Source: Ascoidea asiatica JCM 7603 (lineage: Eukaryota; Fungi; Ascomycota). From it: 64,000 nt of DNA. Where the stretch lies: positions 291,413 through 355,412 of the forward strand of contig BCKQ01000004.1 in the NCBI GenBank assembly GCA_001600695.1, written 5' to 3'. Positions 31,803 through 43,417 of the stretch are shown piece after piece (position 1 is the stretch's first letter; each line of letters begins with the position of its first letter). Under the pieces are notes generated by a model, which was given only the letters and a program-made list of their open reading frames with translations, searched no databases and was not told the DNA's origin. The translations under genes and the position numbers were made by a program.

Positions 31803-33677
31803 TCATTTAGTTCTAATATATTGAAGAGATGCATGATCGGTTCTAACAATAGTTTTGCATCCTTCAATATATTTTTCAAAAGGAAGCAACGAATGAACAA
31901 CAGCTAAAAGTTCTCTCTCTTGAGCAGAATACTTTTGTTGTGTTTTTGAAAATTTTCTTGATTCAAAAGCAACAGGATATAATTGGATCATTCCAGTTTT
32001 CTCATTTTTATAGGGTTGGAGTAATACACAACCTAAAGCAAAGTCAAAAGCATCAGTTTCTAAAATTGCAACTCTCTCAGGTTCAAATGCTTTTAAAACA
32101 GGAGCAGTAGTTGATGTTTTCTTCATTGATGTAAAGCATTTAATTTGAGAAGGTTTTAATTCAATTTTTGTTCCTGGTTTAGGAGACCCAACCAATAAAT
32201 CTGTAAGTGGGATCATTTGTTGAGAAAAATTTGAGATAAATTTTCGGTAATATGAGCATAAGTTAATGAAACCTCTTATATCAGTAATTGATTTTGGTAA
32301 TGGCCAATTTAAGATTTTCTCGATCTTTGTAGGATCAGTTTTGATTCCTTCTGAAGAAACAATATGTCCTAAAAAGTTAACTTCTTTGCAAAAGAATTTT
32401 GACTTCTTCACATTTAATTGAAGTTTTTCTTTTCCAAGTTGAGTAAGGACCTCATTAACTTGATCAATATGATCTGCTTTATTATGGCGGTAACTAATAA
32501 TATCATCAACATAAACCATAACATAAGTTAGGTGGCCTAAAATTTTCATCATAATTGATTGAAAGGTATAAGTACCATTGACTAAGCCAAAAGGCATGAC
32601 ATTGAATTGATAATGCCCTGAATTGGAAGAAAAAGCAGTTTTAGCTTTACTATCATTAACTAAAGCAATTTGGTAAAAGCCATTTTTAATATCCAAACAA
32701 GTGAAGTATTTAGCAATATTGAGTTTATTTAGGAAAATATCAATAGATGGCAAAAGAAAATAATGCCTAACACTAATAGCATTTAATTTCATACAATCAA
32801 AGCAAACTCTATAAGTTCTATCATCTTTTGGAACAAGAACTAATGGAAAGTTCCAACCACTTTTAGTTTCAGAAATTAATCGTTCTTCTAGATTTGATTT
32901 AACAAATTCATCAATGAATTTTTGTTGAAGAGGACTATAGTTGTAACTTCCAATATAAATTGGTGTTTCAGAAGTTGTTTCAATAGTGTGTTTAAACAGT
33001 CTTTCTGGAGGTAATCTTGAAGTTGAATCATTTAAGTAAGAGTATTTCTTAAGATCACACACTTGTTCCTCATTTGACTCTGATGTTGAGACATAAAATT
33101 TTTCTAATTCATCAACATTTTCTGGACTCAAAATACACTTTTTATCTTGTTTAAAAAGCATAATTGTAAATCTATCACTACCTTTTGCACAAAATTTATG
33201 GTCGTAAAGAAATCTACTTCCAATAGTAATATGGAAAGCTTTTGTTGAACTTTCTGGCAAAACAGCACATTTAATGTCAATTAAACCAAAGTTTTCAATG
33301 AATAGTGGTAAAATGACATCATTCTTGACTATCATTGTCCCTGTAAAGCCATGGATTGTTGTAGGCTTACGCTGTAGCATTTTGATTTTCAAGCCTTTTA
33401 AGGATGATTTAAAAACATAGTTGGATTCAGCACCAGTATCGAAAAGAATTTTCATCATTTTATCATTAACAAAAGAATTGAAATATCTATTAGGAAACTT
33501 TTTGTTGTTGGGGTTAATTAATCTAAAATGTTCATCGTCAGAAAACGATTCTGAGGTCAGTTCCAGCTCTGACTTTTCGGATTGGTCTTCCTCCACTCTT
33601 TCTTCAGCAATTTTTTTGTATTTTTTATACCAGAAACAAGTATTTCCGAAATGTCCTGGGAGATTACAGAAATCACA
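31803..33677 (-). pseudogene. Gag zinc knuckle plus protease, reverse transcriptase and RNase H in a single frame, ended by a premature TGA
   Basis: CDFCNLPGHFGNTC at 33677-33636 is in frame with LFDTGA, LDIKNGFYQI, MPFGL, YVDD and ETDAFDFALG; the frame continues past TGA stops into the integrase. Confidence 0.92.
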
Positions 33678-35039
33678 AGTTTTGGTTGTGGAACGAATTG
33701 CATTGAAGTTTTCCTTTCAGTTTGAATCAATAATTGATTCAAGATTATTGAACTTATAAATATCATTGTCAATAATAACTTCATTTGAAACAGCTGTAAA
33801 AACATCTGTTGAACTAAACAAGTTAAGTAATTTGTTGAGCAACTCAATAGTTTTTTTGGATGGAAATTTTGTTTCCCATTGAATTTGATGAGGAAATTCA
33901 TTTTTAATTTGAGAAATAATTGTTTATCTCATGAAAGTACTAGAAACAGCATTTAAAGGAAGACTTTTATAAGAATTTCTAAATCTTGTAATATAATCGA
34001 CAACTTTTTCATTTTCAGAGTGTTTAATTTCTTTGTATTGTTGAATTAAAGCTCTATAATTTTGATCTGTGTCTATACCTCCTAGAATGAAAGCACAGGC
34101 AGCAGGCCATGAAGGGTTTTTTAAACCATTTCTTGCAATGGTTCTAATGAAATTAATCCATTCTAAATTTATATATTCTGGAATATACTTATTAAGATTT
34201 ATTCCCCATAAATCATATCTTAACCTATTCATTTTGAAGTAAGTTTCAATAGATTGTAATTTTAGAATTAATTTTCTATCGTGTCTTCCTTCAAAAATTA
34301 AATTTTGTTTTAATTTTGGTGGTTTTGAAGTACCATCCATACCAATACCAAAAGTATCTCTGTTTATTGCCATACCTGGCCAAAGTAAAACACTTTCAAC
34401 ATTTGGATTCTCCTAAGCAGCAGACTCAATCTTTATTTCATCAAATTTAATTTGATTGAGATCATATCTCCAGTTATTAACCTCATTCAGTTCAGTGAAT
34501 ATGTTCTGGTTATTTTGGTTGGGTGCTTGAAAACCTTGTGCAAGCTTTTGAACTTTTGGAGCAGCAGCTGGTATAGTTGGTGATTTAAGAATTTCTTCTT
34601 TGATTTTGTCTTCAGTTTCAAAAACTCTAGTGTTATTAGCATCATCGGTAGTATTGACATTTGGATGAGCAGCAACATTTTTAATACCTGTATCACTAGT
34701 TGTGTCTGAAGCAGAACCATCTTCTTGTTAAACTTTAGCAACAGGATCATTAATTGGAGAACTTTTAGATAAAGAGGATGTAATGGCTTTATGCATATCT
34801 TTAAATAAATCTATATCCGATGTTTGATTTCTAATAGTAAATCTGAATTCATCAAAATGCGTACTGTGTTTAAGAGTGTTTGAATATTTATTTTTAAATT
34901 TTTCACTAATATCAGATCTTAGTTTGTGGATTGATTCACTAACTGATGAAACTTGTTTATCCATTTTATTAAATGGAACTTCATTTAAGGCAATGTTGTC
35001 ATTAAATTGTTTGGATAAAAATTTAATAGTTTCAGTCAT
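33678..35039 (-). pseudogene. Retrotransposon gag, fragmented
   Basis: ORF pieces between the 5' LTR and the zinc knuckle; IFEG.. and KHSENEKVVDYITRF resemble the capsid major homology region. Confidence 0.7.
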
Positions 35040-35629
35040 GATTATATTTGTTTTCAGTTAAAACTGTGTTGCTTATTTTTAGTTATCATTTTAAATAATT
35101 ATTTGGGTTTTGAAATATTTTTTTTTTTTGTTTTTTTTTTTAAGTTGTATTTAATGGAGTATTATAATTGAGAAAAAAGGAATAAAAAGGAATATCAGTT
35201 GAAGTATCAGTAGTATAAATAATTTCAAAGAGAAAGTAATATTAAAGAAAATATATTATTAGATTCGTTTATTGTCTTAACAGTTCCATACAATTTTAAA
35301 TTGGTTTTAATTTGAACTGTGCAATGAGTAGAAGACTAGCATGTCAAACCATGAGATAACTCAATTCGGATTAAATCACTATTATTCAATTAATTCTAAG
35401 CACCATAAAGCTAAGATCACTGTTCTATAACGGTCAAACGTGTCCAAAATAGTATATGAGGGAATTAGATGTCAGAGCATTAATCACTTTTCTAGATTTC
35501 TCTCTTGTTAATATAATGATAAGAGACTTAAATTCGTACTCAGATTTACCTTGGAAGATAGAAATCAATAAAAAAAAAATAATAATTATCTTTAATAAAG
35601 AATTGATATTCCAGATTTATTAATGAATT

Positions 35630-35964
35630 TGATTGTAGTTTAAACGAAATATCTAATTATTACTAGGAAGATATCTAATTCAAATTATAATCAATTGTTA
35701 ATGAAAATATAAAATATATAAAAATTATATAAAAAATATGGGAGGTAAGTGCCCTATTTATATTAGTGGAAAATAGGAGCGGGAAGCCAATCCTAAGAAT
35801 AAATTTGTAAATTTAGTATGTGAAAGTTCACTTCCCATACTTAAGAAAAAAAATGGAATAAAGTATTGTTCTAGAAGACACTACGTCATTCTAAGAACAA
35901 ACACGAAGATTCCAGTACATTCGAGATGCACACAGAACTTCCAAGAAAGAATAACTAACAATCA
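35630..35964 (-). repeat. 5' LTR (335 bp)
   Basis: Same termini as the other LTR; about 18 substitutions over about 320 aligned bp by hand count. Confidence 0.9.
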
Positions 35965-36401
35965 GCTGTTTGGCTTACGCACCCCAGGTTTATTTTTTCT
36001 TTAGATCTTGTATTATTAATTCAAATTTTTATCAGGTTTAATCAAATTTTACAATTTCAACAGGGTTGTTTTTTCAATTTATAATAATAACACTAAATAA
36101 TGTCAAGAAATAAATCCTATTTCAACATTTGTGTTTGTTTTTAACATTTTACTTCAGGAGTAATCCAATGATATTGAACAAATGAAGCTTTATTGCTTTA
36201 TCAACATCTAATTCAATTCATTAATAAAGTGGATTAACTAAATTCTCCAATTTTTAATTAATTAACTATTATATAATTTATCATATAAATTGTTTCTATA
36301 CTCTTCACTTTTTTGAACATTATTTTATAATACTTACTTATTTTATTCCTTATATTCAATTCATAGTATACAATTTACAATAAAGATATAAAGATATTAA
36401 A

Positions 36402-38045
36402 ATGACTTATCCAACAAATTTAAATGATGTACTTGGTAATGTTCAAATTAGAGCACCAATTCCAAATGATGCAAAACATTTATTATCAATTGAATGTTTA
36501 TCATTTTTAACACAATTACAAAATAATTTTAATGAAAGAAGATTAAATTTATTAAAAAAAAGAGAAGAAATTAAATTACCAAATTTTTTACCAGAAACAA
36601 AATATATTAGAGATGATTTATCATGGTCTGGACCAAAATTATCACCAGGTTTAGAAGAAAGAAAAGTTGAAATTACTGGTCCAACAAATGATAAAAAAAT
36701 GGTTATAAATGCATTAAATTCAAAAGTTTCTGCATATATGGCAGATTTTGAAGATTCTTTATCACCAACTTGGTTAAATATAATTAATGGACAAAATAAT
36801 TTATATGAAGCAATTAGAAAAAAAATTGAATTTAAAACTTCAAAAAAACATTATAAATTAAATGATTTAAATAATTTACCAACAATTATTGTTAGACCAA
36901 GAGGTTTACATTTAAATGAAAATCATTTAATTATTAATAATAAAGAAATTTCTGCATCATTATTTGATTTTGGAGTTTATTTTTTTAATAATGCAAAAGA
37001 ATCAATTAATCAAGGTATTGGACCATATTTTTATTTACCAAAAATTGAACATCATTTAGAAGCAAAATTATGGAATGATATATTTAATTTTTCTCAAGAT
37101 TTTATTAATTTAAAAAGAGGTACAATTAGAGCAACAGTTTTAATTGAAACTTTACCTGCAGTTTTTCAATTAGATGAAATTATTTATCAATTAAGAGATC
37201 ATTCAAGTGGTTTAAATTGTGGTAGATGGGATTATTTATTTTCATATATTAAAGTTTTAAGAAATTCAAAAGAATTTATTTTACCAAATAGATCTCAAGT
37301 TGATATGAAAGTTAATTTTATGAAATCATATGTTAAATTATTAATTAATACATGTCATAAAAGAAATGTTCATGCAATGGGTGGTATGGCAGCTTTAATA
37401 CCAATCAAAAATGATTCAAATGCAAATGAAAAAGCAATGAAAAATATTTATCAAGATAAATTAAGAGAAGTTTTGGCAGGTCATGATGGTACATGGATTG
37501 CACATCCAGGTATTGCACCAATTGCTTATGAAGTTTTTAATAAATATATTCCTGGACCAAATCAATTATTTAAATTTAATGATAATAATAATGAAATTTA
37601 TAATGAAATTAGTAATTATAATTTATTATCTCCATATGTTGAAAATGGTGAGATTACTGAAGAAGGTATTAGATCAAATATTCGTGTTGGAATTTTATAT
37701 ATTGAAAGTTGGTTAAGAGGTATTGGATGTGTTGCAATTAATTATTTAATGGAAGATGCTGCAACTGCAGAAGTTTCAAGATTACAAATTTATCAATGGA
37801 CAAAACATTCCGTTAAACTTTCAAATGATAATAATATAATTGTTAATAAATATTATATTTCAAAGTTATTTAGAGAAGAAACTGAAAAATTAGTTAAAAA
37901 TGGTAAAGAAGGTAATAAATTTGAAATTGCTTCAAAATATTTCAAAGAAGGTTGTATTGGTGATAAATTTTATAATTTTTTAACTACAATGATTTATGAT
38001 GAAATCACAACTGTTGGAAGAAGTATCAGCGTTACCAAATTATAA
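36402..38045 (+). CDS. MLS1: Malate synthase (glyoxylate cycle)
   Basis: RKVEITGP, MADFEDS, IVRPRG, YLPKIEHHLEA, LNCGRWDY, AMGGMAA, GHDGTW, MEDAATAEVSR; C-terminal TKL. Confidence 0.97.
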   Translation: MTYPTNLNDVLGNVQIRAPIPNDAKHLLSIECLSFLTQLQNNFNERRLNLLKKREEIKLPNFLPETKYIRDDLSWSGPKLSPGLEERKVEITGPTNDKKMVINALNSKVSAYMADFEDSLSPTWLNIINGQNNLYEAIRKKIEFKTSKKHYKLNDLNNLPTIIVRPRGLHLNENHLIINNKEISASLFDFGVYFFNNAKESINQGIGPYFYLPKIEHHLEAKLWNDIFNFSQDFINLKRGTIRATVLIETLPAVFQLDEIIYQLRDHSSGLNCGRWDYLFSYIKVLRNSKEFILPNRSQVDMKVNFMKSYVKLLINTCHKRNVHAMGGMAALIPIKNDSNANEKAMKNIYQDKLREVLAGHDGTWIAHPGIAPIAYEVFNKYIPGPNQLFKFNDNNNEIYNEISNYNLLSPYVENGEITEEGIRSNIRVGILYIESWLRGIGCVAINYLMEDAATAEVSRLQIYQWTKHSVKLSNDNNIIVNKYYISKLFREETEKLVKNGKEGNKFEIASKYFKEGCIGDKFYNFLTTMIYDEITTVGRSISVTKL

Positions 38046-38301
38046 TCAAATCTCAATAAAATTTTAACTCCATTATGATTTTTTATTAATGAACTTTTAT
38101 TTCTAAATAATTTTTATTTAATTTTTTAATTTATTTTATTTTTTATTTACAATATGAAATACTTTCTTTTTTATTCAAAATGATTAACTTCAGTATGTAT
38201 GTCTTCAATATCAATATCAATATCATTATCATTATCATTATCATTATCAATATTAGAACGAGTCTCATACAAGACCCAAAACCATGGACTCAGTTTCTTT
38301 G

Positions 38302-38378
38302 TTTTACGTTTTGCGTTTTACATTTTACATTTTACATTTTGCGTTTTGCGTTTTGTGTTTTGCGGTTTGCGGTTTGCG
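38302..38378 (+). repeat. Degenerate heptamer tandem repeat, 11 units
   Basis: Units TTTTACG, TTTTACA, TTTTGCG, TTTTGTG and GTTTGCG in exact 7-nt register. Confidence 0.85.
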
Positions 38379-39558
38379 GTCGATGAGGGTTATTGACGGA
38401 GAATGGCAGCGAGTGATCGAGGTAAAATGAAAAATAAAACATAAAATACGACCCTCACGCAGTTGCAGCTGGGTCGGCTGCGTCAGTTATCAGAGATCTC
38501 CACTGCGACGGTACCTCCAGTTCTGGTCTAACTTTACTGCGGGAGCTCCCATCCAGATTTATTTTCTGATGTTTTCACATAATTTCTGATACCACTTTGT
38601 TTTACCTTTATTTCTTTTACTTCTTCCTTATTTCTTTCTTCTTTTGGTTCTATGATATGATTTGATATAGTTTGATTTGATTTGATTTGACTTTATTCCT
38701 TCTTTTATTTGTTTCATTTGATTCATTTCATTGTTTGATTTTTGCATTCTTGGATTCTTTTATTTTTTTTATCCTCCTTATCCTTTTGCTTCTTTAATAA
38801 ACTAGTAATATCTGATTATTTTAATCATTCATCTATTTATCCTTTGCTTAACTTAATCAAATCATCTTTGACTATATTTATACTTAATTAATTATCTACT
38901 TTTCATATCAATCAAATATTATAATATTTATCCTTAAAAAGCATTTATCCTTAAAGTCTTATACTTGTAGTTTACAAGTATAAATGACATTGTTATCAAT
39001 AGCTATCTAATTACTGATATCATTCATAATTCGTTTCCATTTAAAACTTTCAAAAAAAATATAAAAAAATATAGTCAATTAAATCAAGTTTATTCAAATT
39101 TATTCAAAACTAAAATTCAACAACTTTATCACATTTTTTACAATCTTATAATTTTAGAAAACTTCAATAATTTAATATTTCATTATATTAATATTTCAAA
39201 TATCTTAAATAGTTCATTAACCTCTTATATCCTTGCATATTTTTATATATCTTTATATCCTTATTTCTTTATTTATAAATCATAATCATAATAATTAATC
39301 ATATATATACTTATACTCCATACTCATACTTATACTCATAATAATATCATTATCATTATCCTTATCATATCATAATATTAATTTTCCATAATTATTCATT
39401 TTCTTTTTATTTAAAATTTCATCAAAATTTTATTTTATTTTTTAACATATTATCTCTCATATCATCTTATCTCATTTCTTTTCATTTCATTTAAATTCTT
39501 ATAAATTTCATCTCATTTCATTTATTTTTTCTCTTTCTTTTTTAAATTCTCAATTAAA

Positions 39559-42500
39559 ATGTCTTTACCATTATCTTCAACTTTATCTCCAATTGATTCA
39601 CAATATTTATTAAAAAATAAATCTGAAAAATTGAATCAATTTTTTGCAATTAATATCAAAATTCCACCTCAAGTTTTAGATTATTTAAATGATTTGGATT
39701 TTAAAAATTTTGGTAAACCAAAACTTATAGTTAAAAATGGGTCATTGTCTTTAAAATTTTTCAAAAAAAATGGTACGGAATTAATTTTTCCAACTTCTTC
39801 ATCTTTAATTGATTCTTCAACTGACGTTTATTCTTCATCTACATCCTCTACTCATTCATCAACATCATCATCTTCTTCTTTCAATCAAATTGGTAAAATT
39901 GTATCTAAAGTTCAACTTAATTTACCAATAAATAATTCTCCAAAATTACCGATTTCTTCAAATTCTGATAACCAATTAAATAATATTTCACAAAAATCAA
40001 TAATAAAATCAAACAAATCGATTATATCTAAATCGGGAAATTCTATTTCCCATATTCGTCAAAAATCTTTAAATAAGTCTCCTTTATATCAATCGAATTC
40101 ACTTTCAAATTCAAATTCAAACTTAAATTCAATTTCCAATTCAAACTCTCCAAATTATTCTATATCATCATCTACAACAAAAAAGATTAATACTTTAGTA
40201 ACTTCAAATTTTACAAATAATTTCAAAAATATAAAATCTTTAGAATCAAGAATGCTTCATTTAATTGCTGTTGGTCCAATAAATTCTCAAATAATTAAAT
40301 CAAAATGTAAATTAAGAGATAAAGATATAATTCAATTACCAAGTTTTTTATCAAAATTTACTGATCCATTTATAAAATCTTCAAAATCTTTTAATGAAGA
40401 TAAATTTAATGATTATTCTTCAATACCAACAAATTATAAAATTCCAAATGATATTATTGAATTTAATAATTTAAATAATAATTTGAAATTTTATATTTTA
40501 AAAGATTTAAGTTATCAATATTTAAGTATTTGGAATTTTCCTTATAATAGTCCAAATGTTAGATCTTCAATTTTAAATAATATGAGTAATGCTTTTAATA
40601 GATTAGACTATTCAACTAATAACCCAATACGTAAAATGCTTATAGATCCTAAAATTCTAAAACAAAAAGAGATCGAATCAAATAAAGAAGCAGAAAAATT
40701 AAGAAATCAATCTTATAAAGAAAAACAACAACAAATCGAAAACGAAAATGAAGAAGTTTATAGAAAAAATTTAATAAAACAAAAAGAGAAAGAATTGAAA
40801 GAAAAAGAAAAGGAAAAAGAATATGATACATCTTTCAGAGATCAAAGATTAAAAGAAATTGATTTAAGAGAGAAAGAAGAAAGAATTAAACTTCGTAAAG
40901 AAAAAGAAGAAAAACAACAAAAATTAAAATTAGAGAAAGAAAGACAAGAAAAAATACAAAAAGAAAACGATGAAAAAAATGATAGAATAAGATTACAAAA
41001 AGAAAAACAAGAAAAACTTCGGGTGCTAAAAGAGAAAGAAAGACAGGAACAATTAAAAAGAGAAAAACAAGAAAAACTAGAAAAACTTAAAATTCAAAAA
41101 GAAAAAGAACAGCGAGAAGAAAGACTTAGAATTCAGAAAGAAAAAGAAGAGAAAGTTAGAGTTCAAAAAGAAAAGCAGGAAAAATTAAGAAAACAAAGAG
41201 AGAAAGAAGAAAAAGAAAATCAATTGCGTTTACAAGAAGAAGAAGTGGAAAGAAAAGAAAAAGAGAGACTACGGAATAAGAGAGAAAAAGAAAAAGAAAA
41301 AGAAGAAGAAGAAGAAGAAGAAAGGTATAAACTTCTAATGGAAAGGGAAGAAAAACTAAGGATCGATAAAAAAAGAGAAGAGGAAGAAGAAAAATTGAGG
41401 ATTCACAAAAAGAAAGAAGATGAAGAAAATAGAAAGAAAAATTTCAGAGAAGAAAATGAAAGAATTAGACAGTTGGAAATCAACAGAGAATATCAAGAAG
41501 ACAATCAAATAATACTGGGTGAAGGAAATTCTAGAAAAAGAAAATTGGCATCAGATGAATATCTTTCGTATCCTTCTGAAGATGACGAATTTATAGCGCC
41601 TTTGAAAAATAACTCCTCTCAAAGAAAGAAACTTAGAACTATTTCTTCTGGATCATTGTCTTATTCATCAACATCTTCATCAACCTCTGTATTTTCCAAT
41701 CCTGGAGGATCTCCATCCGATTCCACGGTATCTTCAAGTACAGGAGTTTCTTCTCCTGAACTTATTCGTCGTAATAAAAATTCAAAACATTTTTCTTCGA
41801 ATGATAAACTTTCTCAGAAAGAAATAGATTCCCCTTCACAACAATTGCAAGATTTAGCTAAAAAATTTAAATTAGGATACTCCGAATATAAAAGATTATA
41901 CGAATCAATTCAAAAAAATAAATCTAAAGTAAAAAATAAGAACAGCTCTTTGAATATTGGACATAATGATTATGACTATAAAGCTTATAATGAAGACGTT
42001 AAAAAAGTAATTCAATTACACAACGAGCTTACACTTTGGAAAAAAAAACTCTGGTCTTTTTCTACTGTGCCCTGTTCTAATAATTTAACTTCCAATAAAG
42101 GTTCATCTTATATCAATGATCAAAAGAAAAATGATATAAGTAGAATTAAAAAAGACATTGCGAAGAAGGAACTTCGATCTGAGAAAATCATTGATAATCA
42201 AAGTTTTCCAACAAAGTCTCGCGAAGCACCAAAAGAATCAAAAAGTATGATTTCGTCTGTGAAAAAAGAGAAAGCCGTGCAAAGAGATGTGAAAAAACAT
42301 GAAATACGTAATGAGATTAGAAAACCTGAAACAGAAAGAAGATTTGAAGCAGAAAGAAGAACTGAAACAGAAAGAAATAATTCAAGGGAAAGACGTAATC
42401 AGAGAAGTGGTAAGAATCCGGCTTCTAAAAGAAGGGATATGCCACAAGGTCGAATCAATAAAGACCGATTGAAAGATTCTCCAAATTTTCATACAAGATC

Positions 42501-42660
42501 AATGTCTCCGAAGGTTCAAAAAGTAAGAGGAAACGAACGAACTCAAAGAAAGGCAAAGAAGCCAGTTATTGTTAGTAGTATTTTTCAGTCTACGAGTCCT
42601 GAACAGAGAGACCGAAATAATAGTAGGCTCAATTCTAGAGTTGGTGGAAGACAACGATGA
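39559..42660 (+). CDS. Probable ELL-family RNA polymerase II elongation factor with a long K/E/R coiled coil
   Basis: RMLHLIAVGP...LKDLSYQYLSIWNFPY...NAFNRL block and LAKKFKLGYSEYKRLY...LHNELTLWKKKLW block resemble fungal ELL and Occludin/ELL domains. The ORF is certain; the family call is moderate. Confidence 0.62.
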   Translation: MSLPLSSTLSPIDSQYLLKNKSEKLNQFFAINIKIPPQVLDYLNDLDFKNFGKPKLIVKNGSLSLKFFKKNGTELIFPTSSSLIDSSTDVYSSSTSSTHSSTSSSSSFNQIGKIVSKVQLNLPINNSPKLPISSNSDNQLNNISQKSIIKSNKSIISKSGNSISHIRQKSLNKSPLYQSNSLSNSNSNLNSISNSNSPNYSISSSTTKKINTLVTSNFTNNFKNIKSLESRMLHLIAVGPINSQIIKSKCKLRDKDIIQLPSFLSKFTDPFIKSSKSFNEDKFNDYSSIPTNYKIPNDIIEFNNLNNNLKFYILKDLSYQYLSIWNFPYNSPNVRSSILNNMSNAFNRLDYSTNNPIRKMLIDPKILKQKEIESNKEAEKLRNQSYKEKQQQIENENEEVYRKNLIKQKEKELKEKEKEKEYDTSFRDQRLKEIDLREKEERIKLRKEKEEKQQKLKLEKERQEKIQKENDEKNDRIRLQKEKQEKLRVLKEKERQEQLKREKQEKLEKLKIQKEKEQREERLRIQKEKEEKVRVQKEKQEKLRKQREKEEKENQLRLQEEEVERKEKERLRNKREKEKEKEEEEEEERYKLLMEREEKLRIDKKREEEEEKLRIHKKKEDEENRKKNFREENERIRQLEINREYQEDNQIILGEGNSRKRKLASDEYLSYPSEDDEFIAPLKNNSSQRKKLRTISSGSLSYSSTSSSTSVFSNPGGSPSDSTVSSSTGVSSPELIRRNKNSKHFSSNDKLSQKEIDSPSQQLQDLAKKFKLGYSEYKRLYESIQKNKSKVKNKNSSLNIGHNDYDYKAYNEDVKKVIQLHNELTLWKKKLWSFSTVPCSNNLTSNKGSSYINDQKKNDISRIKKDIAKKELRSEKIIDNQSFPTKSREAPKESKSMISSVKKEKAVQRDVKKHEIRNEIRKPETERRFEAERRTETERNNSRERRNQRSGKNPASKRRDMPQGRINKDRLKDSPNFHTRSMSPKVQKVRGNERTQRKAKKPVIVSSIFQSTSPEQRDRNNSRLNSRVGGRQR

Positions 42661-43417
42661 AATACTTTTATTATAATTTTTGAAAACTTAGATGGATGAA
42701 AATTTCTAAAGTTTAATAACTCTTTCTGTTTTAAATGATTTTTTTATTTTTTTATTTGAAATTCAATAATTGGTATTTTGTTCTATTTTGATTTACTTTT
42801 CGGGAAATGAAAAAAAACTCATGGCTCACTCAAGGATAATTTACCTGATGTTATATAGTTTTATATTGAATCATATTGAACAACATTGAAGTTCCTATTT
42901 CTGTAAATTTTATAAACTCTTGCTAATATAAAAGCTTTTAGTAAATTTAATTGCCTAAGACTAAAACCTCCACTCAAACTTGGATAAGCTTCGAACCTTT
43001 TTTTTTAAAAATAGAATCATAATAATAATGTACAATAATCAATGAGATTTTTAAACAAAAAAATATTAAATACCTGTAAATCAGGGCAATTCAAGTTATT
43101 TGAATTGCCTTTTAAACGTTGGGAATTTGTAACATGACGTTGACGACACTCAAAAAGGTTGTTCTAAGTGACAGAAGGGGTAATCACCGTTAAATAACAA
43201 TAAAATATAAACAAAATTAAATCCTAAGTTGATTTTATCTATTCGATTATTAAAAAGATATTCAACTTAGTCAATTGATTATAATCAATTCATAACTTAA
43301 CCATCCAGAGTGCTTAAAGCTTTTTGGCTATTCAAAATTTAATATTTTACAACAAATATATGACATGCACGCAAAATATTAGTGTTTTCTGATACTTCTG
43401 ATATTTCAAGTGTGCAA

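Larger units (their letters stand above)
29802..35964 (-). mobile_element. Full-length, decayed Ty3/gypsy LTR retrotransposon with 4-bp target-site duplication GCTG
   Basis: Two direct LTRs bounded by TGATTGT...ACAATCA; GCTG at 29798-29801 and 35965-35968; internal gag-PR-RT-RH-IN order on the minus strand with stops and frameshifts. Confidence 0.95.
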
